DNA of 64,000 nucleotides from an uncultured Gemmatimonadaceae bacterium (GCA_963790305.1 CAWBOC010000002.1:184915-248914); one strand, 5' to 3'; shown: positions 48,821 through 58,531, counted from the stretch's first letter. Notes: generated from the letters alone by a model not told the origin. Made by a program: numbers and translations.

Positions 48821-50779
48821 ATGACGCTGAAGAAGTTGTCGCTCACCATTGGAGTGTTCGCTGCCGCGGCATGCGCGCCGGCGACCACCTCATCGCGCTC
48901 AGGCGCTCTGGATGTTCCGGCGCCGACCGTCGATCCGCGCGTCGGGCTTCGCGCCGGAGCCATGGATGCGGCCGAGGCCACGTGGAACCTCAAAGTCGTG
49001 GCGAAGGCTCCACCGACAGGACAGTTCGTCGGAAGCACCAACTCCGATCTCGCCTTCACCGGCAACTACGCGATTCAGGGCAACTACAACGGCTTCCAGG
49101 TGTGGGACGTCTCGAATCCGAGCAGTCCCGTCCTGAAGACGTCGTATTACTGCCCGGCGTCGCAGAGCGACGTGTCCGTCTACAAGAACCTGCTCTTCGT
49201 CTCGGGTGAGGGATTCGGCGGTCGTCTCGATTGCGGCGGGCAGGGCGTGAAGGACACGGTGAGCACGGAGCGCCTGCGCGGCCTTCGGATCTTCGACATC
49301 AGCGACATCACGAGTCCCAAGTACGTTGGCAACGTGCAGACGTGCCGTGGCTCGCACACGCACACGGTGCTCGTCGATCCCAAGGACGCGGAAAACGTCT
49401 ACGTCTACATCTCCGGCTCGGCGCCGGTGAGGTCGCCGAGCGAGATGCCGGGCTGCGTGCGTGAGGCCCCGGACAAGAACCCCGAGTCGGCGCTCTTCCG
49501 CATCGAGGTCATCAAGGTTCCGCTCGCCAATCCCGCCGCGGCGGCGATCGTGAGCAGGCCCCGCATCTTCAATGATCTCGCGAAGCCGCCCGAGCATGGC
49601 GAGGCGCCCGAGGACATCGCGGCCGCCACGCAGCGGGCCGCCGCGGCGCGTGCCGCGGGTGGATACACCGCGAAGGTCAACAACATGGAGTACGTGCTCG
49701 GCCCGAATTTCATCAAGCCGCAGCTCGACAGCATCGTGAAGGCGCGCGGGGGAACGGGTGCGCCGACGGCTGCCGATAGCGCGACGCTGCGCGCGAACAT
49801 TCAGGTGATCGTCGACAAGATGGTTGGCGCCAACAACGAGGGTCCTCAACCGGGCCCATCGCAGTGCCATGACATCACGGTGTACCCGGCGCTTGGGCTG
49901 GCCGGCGGTGCCTGCGGTGGCTATGGGCTGCTGCTCGACATCAAAGACCCGACGAATCCTGTTCGCATCGGCGCCGTCGCCGACTCCAACTTCGCCTACT
50001 GGCACTCGGCGACGTTCAACAACGACGGCACGGCGATCCTCTTCTCCGACGAGTGGGGCGGAGGCGGCGCGCCGAAGTGCCGCGCGACGGACAAGAAGGA
50101 GTGGGGCGCCAACGCGATCTACGCGCTCGAGAACGGGAAGATGGTGTTCAAGAGCTATTACAAGCTTCCCGCGCCCCAGACCGACAAAGAGAACTGTGTC
50201 GCGCACAACGGATCGCTGATCCCGATTCCGGGACGCGACGTGATGGTGCAGGCGTGGTACCAGGGCGGCATCTCGATTTTCGACTGGACCGATCCGGCGA
50301 ACCCGAAGGAGATCGCATATCACGATCGTGGACCGGTGGACTCGACGCGGATGGGAAGCGGCGGGTCGTGGTCGGCCTACTGGTACAACGGCGCCATCGT
50401 GAGCTCCGAGATTTCACGCGGCCTCGATGTCGCCGAGCTCACGCCAAGCGAGTTCATCTCGCAGAACGAGCTCGATGCGGCGAAGACGGTCCACTTCGAC
50501 TACTTCAACGCCCAGGGCCAGCCGAAGTTCGTCTGGCCGCCCAGCTTCGCGCTGGCGCGCGCCTACGTCGACCAGCTCGAGCGGTCGGGGTGCCTGGCCG
50601 CAGCCCGCATCGCCAGCGTTAGGCAGGGGCTGTCGAGCGCGGAGCGGGCGTCGGGAGCGCAGCGTCGTGATGCACTGGCGCAGGTCGGTGCGCAGCTGGC
50701 GAGCGCGCCAGGCTGCAATGCGTCGAAAGTGCAGAAGCTGCAGGTTGCGGTCAAAGATCTCGCTGCTGTGATGCCGTAA
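48821..50779 (+). CDS. LVIVD-repeat beta-propeller lipoprotein
   Basis: NSDLAF, GFQVWDVSNP, GLRIFDISD, CRGSHTH, CHDITV, WHSATF, CVAHNG, WSAYWYNG. Confidence 0.88.
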   Translation: MTLKKLSLTIGVFAAAACAPATTSSRSGALDVPAPTVDPRVGLRAGAMDAAEATWNLKVVAKAPPTGQFVGSTNSDLAFTGNYAIQGNYNGFQVWDVSNPSSPVLKTSYYCPASQSDVSVYKNLLFVSGEGFGGRLDCGGQGVKDTVSTERLRGLRIFDISDITSPKYVGNVQTCRGSHTHTVLVDPKDAENVYVYISGSAPVRSPSEMPGCVREAPDKNPESALFRIEVIKVPLANPAAAAIVSRPRIFNDLAKPPEHGEAPEDIAAATQRAAAARAAGGYTAKVNNMEYVLGPNFIKPQLDSIVKARGGTGAPTAADSATLRANIQVIVDKMVGANNEGPQPGPSQCHDITVYPALGLAGGACGGYGLLLDIKDPTNPVRIGAVADSNFAYWHSATFNNDGTAILFSDEWGGGGAPKCRATDKKEWGANAIYALENGKMVFKSYYKLPAPQTDKENCVAHNGSLIPIPGRDVMVQAWYQGGISIFDWTDPANPKEIAYHDRGPVDSTRMGSGGSWSAYWYNGAIVSSEISRGLDVAELTPSEFISQNELDAAKTVHFDYFNAQGQPKFVWPPSFALARAYVDQLERSGCLAAARIASVRQGLSSAERASGAQRRDALAQVGAQLASAPGCNASKVQKLQVAVKDLAAVMP

Positions 50780-50783
50780 ACAC

Positions 50784-50861
50784 CGAGGTGCTCGAGGTGC
50801 TCGATGTGCTCGAGGTGCTCAAGGGGAAACCCTCGAGCACCTCGAGCACATTGAGCACCTC
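50784..50861. repeat. Inverted tandem-nonamer palindrome, (GAGGTGCTC)n
   Basis: gaggtgctc repeats, loop aaggggaaacc, gagcacctc repeats; the atgtgctc variant is mirrored by gagcacat; between convergent genes. Confidence 0.92.
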
Positions 50862-51415
50862 TACTTCGCTCGTCTTCTGTCGCGCCGGGCGAGTCTGGGC
50901 CTCAGTGCCTCGTTGCCGAAGAACGTGGTCGGCGTTCCCGCGGCGATTCCCGCCTCCCGAACCAGCCGCTCGAGCCCATCGACGAGTGTCCTGCGCTCGG
51001 CGCGCGAGAGTCTTTCGAAGCTGGCCACCAGGCGGGCTTGCAGAGTCTCCGGCGCCTTTTGGAGTAGCGCGCGTCCCCGTGGGGTGAGGGCAAGCGTCAC
51101 GCGACGGGCGTCGTCGGGAACCGCGGTCCGCGCGACGAGGCCACGCGCGACCAGCCGAGTGACGACGACGGAGACGGAGCTTTGGTGGGTGAACGTCAGC
51201 GCGGCGAGCTCGTTGAGCGAGCCGACGGGCCCGTCCGCCAGCTTCTGTAACACGAAGAGCTGCGCGCCGCTGATACCGAGATGCCGTTCGATGCTTCGCG
51301 ACCCGACACGGAGCGCGTCGACGAGCGCATTGAGCGCGGCCAGCGCGGCGGCGAGATCGCGGTCGGGGCTCGCGGCTCTGGGAGAGCCGACGGGTCTGTG
51401 AGTTGGGACGCTCAT
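50861..51415 (-). CDS. MarR-family transcriptional regulator
   Basis: GISGAQLFVL, SLNELA..HQSSVSVVVTRLVARGLV, DARRV..LTPRG. Confidence 0.92.
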   Translation of the reverse strand: MSVPTHRPVGSPRAASPDRDLAAALAALNALVDALRVGSRSIERHLGISGAQLFVLQKLADGPVGSLNELAALTFTHQSSVSVVVTRLVARGLVARTAVPDDARRVTLALTPRGRALLQKAPETLQARLVASFERLSRAERRTLVDGLERLVREAGIAAGTPTTFFGNEALRPRLARRDRRRAK

Positions 51416-51591
51416 CGGTGTGGGATCGAAGGAGTGACCGCGGCCAGGCCCCGAAAGCATAACGAACGGTCCGGCGTGCCACAACGGCGCGGGGACCATT
51501 GCGGTCCCAACAGAAACATATGGGACTTCAATGTAATTATGTGGGACTCCAATATAATATCACCGCTGGAGCTTGCATCGCGACTCCCCGT

Positions 51592-51607
51592 CGGCATGTC
51601 GATTGCA
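51592..51607 (+). promoter_or_regulatory. Putative sigma54 (-24/-12) promoter, copy 1
   Basis: CGGCATGTCGATTGCA has GG-N10-GC spacing resembling TGGCAC-N5-TTGCW; identical in copy 2. Confidence 0.6.
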
Positions 51608-51645
51608 CCGTTGCAGCGGCTTTCCCGACGCCTGAGGAGACTGCC

Positions 51646-52254
51646 ATGCTCTCGAAACAACGAACCACCCTCGCGGTTCTCTGTGCTGCCGCGCTCGTGG
51701 GGTGCGATGCGGGCGATTCGATCAGCGGGCCCAGCACGGAGCCCACCCTGTCCGGAAGTCTCATTCCGCCGATCGAAATTCCGGGAGAGTTCCTGCCGGG
51801 CGTGCCGGTGCTCGACCCGTTCGCGGCGGTTTGGAACGATGACGCGGGAGTCGTCGAGTCGGCGCGAGGCGGGGGCCATTGGCACGTCACTCCCACCGCG
51901 CTGCGGACCTTCGCGTTCACGGCCAAGACCCGAGCGGACGGCACTGTCCAGGGTCAGTATCAGGTCAACAACCGCGACGTCGCTGGTTCGAAGGAACATG
52001 GTACGGTGATTTGTCTCCACGTCGATGGCGACCAGGCTTGGATCGGCGGCGTCATCACCCACAGCAGCGTACCTGGTCGGGAAGGCATCCGGCGGGTGTT
52101 TCAGGTCGTCGATCGGGGCGAGGGATCGGGGGATCGTCCGGACCAGGCAAGCAATCTCCTCATGGTACTCACCACAGCGGAGTGCCACACGAGGCCGTAT
52201 CTGGCGCCCCAGGATCTCGAGGGGGGCAACATTCAGGTCCGGGACGGCGCGTAG
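51646..52254 (+). CDS. Hypothetical lipoprotein, paralog A
   Basis: RBS GAGGAG; lipobox LVGC; ESARGGGHW..LRTFAF..GTVIC..DGDQAWIGG..GNIQVR. Confidence 0.82.
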   Translation: MLSKQRTTLAVLCAAALVGCDAGDSISGPSTEPTLSGSLIPPIEIPGEFLPGVPVLDPFAAVWNDDAGVVESARGGGHWHVTPTALRTFAFTAKTRADGTVQGQYQVNNRDVAGSKEHGTVICLHVDGDQAWIGGVITHSSVPGREGIRRVFQVVDRGEGSGDRPDQASNLLMVLTTAECHTRPYLAPQDLEGGNIQVRDGA

Positions 52255-52260
52255 TTCCAC

Positions 52261-52306
52261 GTGCTCGAGGTGTCGAGGGCAGCCAGCCGCCCTCGACATC
52301 CTCGAC
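52261..52306. repeat. Short inverted nonamer-type palindrome
   Basis: tcgaggtgtcgagggc ... gccctcgacatcctcga. Confidence 0.7.
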
Positions 52307-52433
52307 GATCCCGCCCTCCCCAGCTCCTCCCAGCGAACGATCGTTTGGACTCCCATATAAACACATGGGACACAAATACAATTGTATGGGATGGCAATAT
52401 GTCACCGCGGAAGCTGGCGTCGTGACACACCCT

Positions 52434-52449
52434 CGGCATGTCGATTGCA
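52434..52449 (+). promoter_or_regulatory. Putative sigma54 (-24/-12) promoter, copy 2
   Basis: CGGCATGTCGATTGCA, identical to 51592-51607. Confidence 0.6.
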
Positions 52450-52488
52450 CCGACCCCGGAGCCTCCCCCGACGCCCTTGGAGGCTCCA

Positions 52489-53121
52489 ATGCTCTGGAAA
52501 CGACTCCCCCTCGCGGTCCTCTGTGCTGCCGCGCTCGTGGCGTGCAATGCGGCCGATTCCATCACTGGACCGACGACCGGGCCCAACCTGTTGGGCGGTA
52601 CCGTTCCGCCGATCGAACCGCCGCCGGTCGACAAGCCGCCGATCGAGTTCCTCCCGGGCGTGCCCGTCCTCGACCCGTTCGCGGACGACGACGCGGGAGC
52701 GGTCGAGTCCGCACGCGGGCGCGGCGAGTGGCACGTGACCCCCACTGCGCTGCGCACCTTCGCGTTCGTTGCCAGAAACAATGCGGACGGGACCACCACC
52801 GGGCAGTATCAGGTCGACAACCAGGACGTCAGCGGGTCCCGGGAAAACGGGACGGTGACCTGTCTCGCCGTCGATGGCGACCAAGCGTGGATAGGCGGAG
52901 TCATTACCCACAGCAGCATTCCCGGAAGGGAAGGCACCCCGAGACTCTTTCGCGTAATCGAAAGAGGCCACGGCGCCCCTCCGGACCAGGCGAGCGTTCT
53001 CATCGTCACGGCGGAATCCCGTGTGGAGTGCCAGACGCGGCCGTTGCTCCCGGTTCAAGACCTCGAAGAGGGCAAGATCCTCGTCCGGGACGGGGGGACC
53101 ACGTCCGGTCTGTTGCCGTAA
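52489..53121 (+). CDS. Hypothetical lipoprotein, paralog B
   Basis: RBS GGAGG; lipobox LVAC; shares LAVLCAAALV, EFLPGVPVLDPFA, WHVTPTALRTFAF, DGDQAWIGGVITHSS with paralog A. Confidence 0.82.
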   Translation: MLWKRLPLAVLCAAALVACNAADSITGPTTGPNLLGGTVPPIEPPPVDKPPIEFLPGVPVLDPFADDDAGAVESARGRGEWHVTPTALRTFAFVARNNADGTTTGQYQVDNQDVSGSRENGTVTCLAVDGDQAWIGGVITHSSIPGREGTPRLFRVIERGHGAPPDQASVLIVTAESRVECQTRPLLPVQDLEEGKILVRDGGTTSGLLP

Positions 53122-53145
53122 AGCCGACGGCAACGACGACACAGC

Positions 53146-53229
53146 TCAGAAATTCGGATTCAGAATTCAGATAAACCAACGGGGAGCCAGCTTGGCTCCC
53201 CGTTTTCTTTCCGTGTATTCTGAACTCTG
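53146..53229. repeat. Degenerate (CAGAATT)n inverted element enclosing a terminator hairpin
   Basis: tcagaaattcggattcagaattcag ... tattctgaactctg. Confidence 0.65.
53178..53210 (+). terminator. Rho-independent terminator
   Basis: AACGGGGAGCCA-gct-TGGCTCCCCGTT followed by TTCTTT. Confidence 0.8.
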
Positions 53230-53248
53230 CGATCGTTGCCGTTCGGCC

Positions 53249-54475
53249 TTACAGGTAGCTAAGCCACGCGTCGGATCTCCGCTGCTTCACCCCCGCAAAC
53301 CACCTGCATAACGGGTACATCGCCACCACCACGCCAATCCAGATCAGGTACACGACCGGAAGGCCGGAAGGCCATCCGGGCGGCTGCGTGATCGGGAATT
53401 GGCCAAGCGTTGGCGACTCGAACATCCAGTGCGCATCGCCGTAGCGGACGTAGCAGATGATCACCGCCAGCAGGTGGATCACGAAGAAATGCACGATGAA
53501 AAAGAAGAGTGGCACCTTCCCGATGACGTGCGCCGGCGTCAGAAACCTCGGGGTCCGTGCATCGACCCAGCGCAAGAGAAGGAGCGCCGGCCCCAACGTC
53601 ATCAACAGAAACAGCAGCGACGGCGGGTACTTGTTCGTGTTGAGGAACGAAAGCACGGTGAAGAGCGGGGATTTCTGCCCGCTCCATGGCACCGGATCGC
53701 CGTACAGGTTCATCGCCCGCAGTATGATGAACCCTGCCACGAGCCCAATGCCGAGGCGAAGCAGGAAGCTCCGTCGGCGGCTGGCGTCCCAGTCATAGAT
53801 CGCTCCCAGCCCGTAGCCCGCCGCTACGACTCCGATCCACGGAATCAACGGATACGCCTCGAACACGACACGCTCGGGACCGGGCACGATCATCCCCGGC
53901 GCATGCAGGATGGACCAGAGCGGCCCGAGCGATCCAAGCGATGCGGCGGTAATCGGATCGAGCAGATTGTGCGTGGCGATCATGACCACGCCGATCGCCG
54001 TCACGACGCGCGTCGGCAGGTAGACGAGCGCCGACAGAACCACCATCGACCAGCCAAGCGCCCACAGAACCGTAAGAACCGTGACGCGATAATCGAAGTT
54101 GAACTGCATCACGAATCGAACGACGACGATCTCGAGAACGATCAACCACAGCCCCCGCGTCAGCAGGAACCGCGACAGCTCGGCACGCGTCCGCCGACGA
54201 AGGCCGAGGTAGGCACCCGTACCGGTGAGCAGGAAGAACACCGGCGCGCAGATGTGCGTGATCCAGCGCGTGAAGAAGAGCGGCGCGGTCGTCGTCGCCA
54301 GGTCCGTCGGGTTGACCGCCAGCGAGCCGAAGTAATCACGGACGTGATCGAGCGCCATGATGATCATGATGATTCCGCGGACGACATCCACGGATTCCAC
54401 GCGCGGGCGTGCGCCGACGATATCCAGCGTCGGTGCGCGATCGGCGGCCGGAATGGCCGATGTCACGTCGCGCAC
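53249..54475 (-). CDS. DUF1624 membrane protein (HGSNAT-like acyltransferase domain)
   Basis: RVESVDVVRG..MALDH, TRWITHICAPVF, YPLIPW, KYPPSL. Confidence 0.9.
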   Translation of the reverse strand: MRDVTSAIPAADRAPTLDIVGARPRVESVDVVRGIIMIIMALDHVRDYFGSLAVNPTDLATTTAPLFFTRWITHICAPVFFLLTGTGAYLGLRRRTRAELSRFLLTRGLWLIVLEIVVVRFVMQFNFDYRVTVLTVLWALGWSMVVLSALVYLPTRVVTAIGVVMIATHNLLDPITAASLGSLGPLWSILHAPGMIVPGPERVVFEAYPLIPWIGVVAAGYGLGAIYDWDASRRRSFLLRLGIGLVAGFIILRAMNLYGDPVPWSGQKSPLFTVLSFLNTNKYPPSLLFLLMTLGPALLLLRWVDARTPRFLTPAHVIGKVPLFFFIVHFFVIHLLAVIICYVRYGDAHWMFESPTLGQFPITQPPGWPSGLPVVYLIWIGVVVAMYPLCRWFAGVKQRRSDAWLSYL

Positions 54476-55722
54476 TCCGCCGCGCGATCGAGGAGCAGCG
54501 CGCGCTCCCGCTCGTTGCGCGTCATCGACGCCGCCCGCTCGAACTCCGAGCGCGCCTCATCCATGCGCCCAAGCTTCTTCAGAAAGTCCCCGCGTACACT
54601 CGGCAGGAGATGATACGCCTTGAGCGCTGGCTCGGATGTCAGCTTGTCGACCAGCTCCAGACCCCGAGCGGGCCCGAACGCCATCGCGACGGCAACCGCC
54701 CGATTGAGCTCGACCACCGGCGAGGGCATCGTTTGTCTGAGCGCGTCATAGAGCGCGACGATACGAGCCCAGTCCGTCTCGTCGTTCGCGCGGGCGCGTG
54801 CGTGACATGCCGCGATCGCCGCCTGGAGCGCATAGGGACCTAACGACCCGAGCTGCTCGGCGCGCTGGAGCGCCGCGAGGCCGCGCCGGATGAGCAACTG
54901 ATCCCAGCGCGCGCGATTCTGATCGAGCAGCAGAATCGGCTCTCCCTGTGGGCCGACACGGGCACGGGCGCGCGATGCCTGAAGCTCCATCAGCGCGACC
55001 AGCCCATGAACCTCCGATTGCGTCGGGGCAAGCTCGGCGAGGATGCGGCCGAGCCGGAGGGCGTCGTCGCAGAGCGCGGGTCGTAGCCAGTCGTCACCCG
55101 CGGTCGCGGTGTAGCCCTCGTTGAAGATGAGGTAGATGACGTTGAGCACCGACGACAGTCGTTCGTCGAGCTCTTCGCGCCGGGGCACCTCGAAGGGCAC
55201 GCGCGCCTCGGACAGCGTGCGCTTGGCTCGAACGATTCGCTGCGCGACCGTGGGCTCGGGGACGAGAAAGGCGCGGGCGATCTCGTCCGTCGTCAGCCCT
55301 CCCAGCAGGCGCAGCGTGAGGGCGACCTGTGCCTCGGTCGACAACACCGGGTGACAGGACATGAACATCAGCCGCAGGAGGTCGTCGCCTACGTGATCGT
55401 CGAGGGCGGCGTCGAGATCCGGCACCGCCATCTCCTGCTGCGCCTCGAGCTCGTAGCCCAGCTCCTCGTGCTTGCGCTCGAGCATGGTGCGGCGGCGCAA
55501 CTGGTCGATCGCGCGATGCTTGGCGGTGGCCATGAGCCACGCCCCCGGGTTATCGGGAACGCCCGACTCGGGCCACCGTTCGAGGGCGGCCACGAGCGCA
55601 TCCTGCGCGAGATCCTCGGCAAGACCGACGTCGCCGACGATGCGTGTGAGCCCCGCGATGAGCTTCGCGGACTCGATCCTCCAGACCGCGTCGATCGCGG
55701 CATGCGTGCTGGTAGCCGTCAC
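54463..55722 (-). CDS. ECF sigma factor with C-terminal TPR extension (ECF42-like)
   Basis: AEDLAQDA, WLMATAKHRAID, DDLLRLMFMSCHP, LTLR..GLTTDEIARAF, YLIFNEGY, GPYALQAAIAACH; YciI genes upstream. Confidence 0.92.
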   Translation of the reverse strand: MTATSTHAAIDAVWRIESAKLIAGLTRIVGDVGLAEDLAQDALVAALERWPESGVPDNPGAWLMATAKHRAIDQLRRRTMLERKHEELGYELEAQQEMAVPDLDAALDDHVGDDLLRLMFMSCHPVLSTEAQVALTLRLLGGLTTDEIARAFLVPEPTVAQRIVRAKRTLSEARVPFEVPRREELDERLSSVLNVIYLIFNEGYTATAGDDWLRPALCDDALRLGRILAELAPTQSEVHGLVALMELQASRARARVGPQGEPILLLDQNRARWDQLLIRRGLAALQRAEQLGSLGPYALQAAIAACHARARANDETDWARIVALYDALRQTMPSPVVELNRAVAVAMAFGPARGLELVDKLTSEPALKAYHLLPSVRGDFLKKLGRMDEARSEFERAASMTRNERERALLLDRAAECAT

Positions 55723-55783
55723 GGCTACCAAATCAGTTCACCTGCACCCTCCCGTGCAAGTCTCCGAACGGGAAGCCTTTCTT

Positions 55784-56920
55784 CTATTCGTGTCGCGGAA
55801 GGTGAACGGTGAACGTGGTGCCACGCTGTTTTCTGGACTCCACATCGATTCGCCCCTTGTGCGCGTTCACAATGCGCTCGGCGATGTAGAGCCCAAGTCC
55901 GAGGTTGCCCGAGGGTCCGGTCGAGGCGGCCCTTCCCATCCTTTGCTGTGCTCTCATCGGGTTGAAAATGCCGTTGAGGCGATCAGCCGGAATGGGGGTG
56001 CCCTCATTGTGGATCGCGATCGCCACTTCCTTCTCATCGCCGCGGACGTCGACCGTAACCTCTTCTTGCGCCGCTCCATGCTCGAGTGCATTGCCGATCA
56101 GGTTGGTCAAGACCTGGCTGATGCGCGCACAATCCCAATGTCCCTCCAGGCCACCTCGCGCGTCGATGCGAATGGTGCGGTTGGGATTCGCCGCCGCGAT
56201 CTCGTTGACGACATCATGCACGACCTTCCCCATGCTCATGGTGTCCCGCGCGATGGGGATGCTACCGCCGAGCCGGCTTCGAGTGAAATCCAGGAGCGCA
56301 CCAACCATGTGGTTCATTCGCACCGAGCTGCTGACGATGCGAGACGTCAGCGTCGAGTAGGGCTCCTCCAGCTCGTGCGTCTCGAGCATGAACTTCGCCG
56401 ACGTGATCACTGCGCCCAGGGGTGTGCGAAGATCATGACCGAGGATGGCGAGGAACATCTCCTTCGATTGATCCAGATCCTGCGTGTAGCGGGTAATCGA
56501 TTCGGCAAGTGACTGGTCGATGGCTTCGTTGAAGCGGGTGAGATCCTCGACATCGGACGGGGCGAGCTCTCCCTGGACCTTCGTCCAGAGGCGAATCACG
56601 CTCGCACGCAGCGCACGGTACTCGGAGATCATCTGCTCGACCGTAAAGCCGCTCTCGGCCCGGCCAGATCCGTGCTCCTCGGCCGCCGTCCTCTCGTCGG
56701 GATCGACACCCGGCGCTCTTCCCTTGGATTTCTCGGCCTGCGCATGCCCCGCCTGCGGCGTTGCGAGGTCGGCCGCTATCACTGTGAGCATTTCGTTCGC
56801 GTGATCTCGGAGCGCGACGATGTCCATCGACCCGCTGGCCGGGGCGCAGGTGCGCGCGAACGCCTCCCACTCCACCAGGATTGGCTCCCGGTTCGCCAGA
56901 ATGAACTCTGCTAGTCGCAT
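55784..56920 (-). CDS. Cytoplasmic sensor histidine kinase with RsbRD-N-like input domain
   Basis: MRLAEFILANREPILVEW, HG..R..GF..EYRALR; ILGHDLRTPL, NLIGNA, GLGLYI. Confidence 0.9.
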   Translation of the reverse strand: MRLAEFILANREPILVEWEAFARTCAPASGSMDIVALRDHANEMLTVIAADLATPQAGHAQAEKSKGRAPGVDPDERTAAEEHGSGRAESGFTVEQMISEYRALRASVIRLWTKVQGELAPSDVEDLTRFNEAIDQSLAESITRYTQDLDQSKEMFLAILGHDLRTPLGAVITSAKFMLETHELEEPYSTLTSRIVSSSVRMNHMVGALLDFTRSRLGGSIPIARDTMSMGKVVHDVVNEIAAANPNRTIRIDARGGLEGHWDCARISQVLTNLIGNALEHGAAQEEVTVDVRGDEKEVAIAIHNEGTPIPADRLNGIFNPMRAQQRMGRAASTGPSGNLGLGLYIAERIVNAHKGRIDVESRKQRGTTFTVHLPRHE

Positions 56921-57038
56921 TTCGCTCCGCCTGAGGACACCACGTGGCTTGATAGGCATTTCCATGGCCAACTCGAAGGCCGCCCCCGCGATTCGATCGC
57001 ATGGGCGGCCGCAAGAGCCTGTGCTGTCAGAGATTGCC

Positions 57039-57380
57039 TCAATCCATGATCTGCCGAATCTCGCTCTCCCCATCGCCCGCCAGCCTCACGAAGCGCTTGG
57101 CGCTCTCGATCGCGTCCTCCTTCGACTTCGCCTGAAGAATCGCGAAGCCTGCGATGAGCTCCTTCGACTCAGTGAACGGCCCGTCGACCACCGTGATCTT
57201 GCCGTTGGTGGACCGCACGCGCGCGCCGCCCTTCGAGGCGGGAAGCAGTCCGCCGGTCAGAAGCACCTCACCGGACTTCATCGCGTTTTCCACCAGCTTC
57301 CCCATCTCGGCCATGAACTCCGGGGTCGGCGGGACATTCGCGGTCTTCGGATCGGGGGTCCAAATCGACAGGAATTTCAT
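57039..57380 (-). CDS. YciI/DGPF-family protein
   Basis: GGLLP, VVDGPFTESKELIAGF, EIRQI. Confidence 0.92.
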   Translation of the reverse strand: MKFLSIWTPDPKTANVPPTPEFMAEMGKLVENAMKSGEVLLTGGLLPASKGGARVRSTNGKITVVDGPFTESKELIAGFAILQAKSKEDAIESAKRFVRLAGDGESEIRQIMD

Positions 57381-57443
57381 CGTCTTCTCCGTACGTGATT
57401 GGTAGTTTGCGTGCGTTCGAGGTTGGACGAGGAGGGAGCGAGA

Positions 57444-57869
57444 TTACTGGCGCTCTCGTTCCGATGCGGCGCCGAGCTCGCGGAAACGTTCGACCGCTTC
57501 GCCAGGGGCAAAGTCCTCTAGCTCGAACAGCTGGCGAATCTCGATCTCACTCTCCTGGTCATGGCCGAAGGGGGCGGGGAAGCGTTTCGCCCATTCGACG
57601 CCCTCCTCCCTCGACTTCACCTGGATGAGCGTATAGCCGGCGACGATCTCCTTCGCTTCGGTGAAGGGTCCGTCGACCCACGTCCGTCGCCCACGCGAGA
57701 ATCTGATGCGTGCGCCTTTCGACGTCGGCTGGAGGCCCGATGCGTCGAGGAGAACGCCGGCCTTCGCCAGTTCCTCGTGGTAGTCAGCCATGGCGGACAT
57801 GAGCTCCGGGTCCGGCGGAGTGCCGGCCTCGGAGTCGCGATTGCCCTTCACAATGATCATGAATCGCAA
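57444..57869 (-). CDS. YciI/DGPF-family protein
   Basis: MRFMIIVK, GLQPTSKG, VDGPFTEAKEIVAGY, IEIRQLFE. Confidence 0.93.
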   Translation of the reverse strand: MRFMIIVKGNRDSEAGTPPDPELMSAMADYHEELAKAGVLLDASGLQPTSKGARIRFSRGRRTWVDGPFTEAKEIVAGYTLIQVKSREEGVEWAKRFPAPFGHDQESEIEIRQLFELEDFAPGEAVERFRELGAASERERQ

Positions 57870-57921
57870 TGTCCCCCTCCGTGAGCGTGTCCGACCGCGG
57901 GATCGCGGCCTTCATTCCTTC

Positions 57922-57948
57922 GTCGAACGAGGGGGGCATGAATCGACA
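57922..57948 (-). promoter_or_regulatory. Putative ECF42-type promoter
   Basis: Minus strand TGTCGA-N17-CGAC, ~50 nt upstream of the first DGPF gene; matches the ECF42 consensus as recalled. Confidence 0.65.
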
Positions 57949-57990
57949 ACCCGCCGGCGCAGGCTCGGCGGCTGGGGGTACCGTGCTGTC

Positions 57991-58398
57991 TTAGCGAGTC
58001 GGGCGAGCCCGGCTGGCCTCCCGCACGGCGCGCACGACCTCGGCGATGTCCTTGTCCTCGCCGACGATCTCGTAGACCGATTCGTCGCCCTTCACGACCT
58101 CCTCGGCGTTTCGAACGTTCACCGAGGTCAACACGAACTGACGATCCCTGAAGTCGGTCGCCGTTCGCAGGTGGTCGAGGAAGCGCCAGTTCACGTCGTA
58201 CGGTGGAGCCAGGTCGTACACGATGACTTTCGGATTGTGCTGGCTCAGAAACGAGTCGACGTCAGCCGCTCCCAGCTTGATGTCTTCGATGAAGATCTCG
58301 AACACGATGAATCCGGCCCTCTCGAGGGCCATGCGAAGCATCCGGACGAGGTCGGGATTGGTGTTGACGATGGCGACGACAGCGGGCGTATTGGCCAT
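57991..58398 (-). CDS. Atypical single-domain receiver protein
   Basis: IVNTNPDLVRMLRMALERAGF, PKVIVYDL, FVLTS. Confidence 0.72.
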   Translation of the reverse strand: MANTPAVVAIVNTNPDLVRMLRMALERAGFIVFEIFIEDIKLGAADVDSFLSQHNPKVIVYDLAPPYDVNWRFLDHLRTATDFRDRQFVLTSVNVRNAEEVVKGDESVYEIVGEDKDIAEVVRAVREASRARPTR

Positions 58399-58531
58399 AG
58401 GTGACCTCGGTGATTCAAGCTCCGCGCCGCGCGCTGGCGCCGAGTCCGATTCCCCGTCGCGCGGTCGCGCGTGCGGCGAATTATCATCAAGCATTGCAGG
58501 ATTTTCACGCCAACCGTCGCCACCCACTGCC

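Noticed and set aside
48138..50779. DUF305 + LVIVD pair as a novel system
   Set aside because: A commonly co-occurring gene pair; nothing unusual is visible here.
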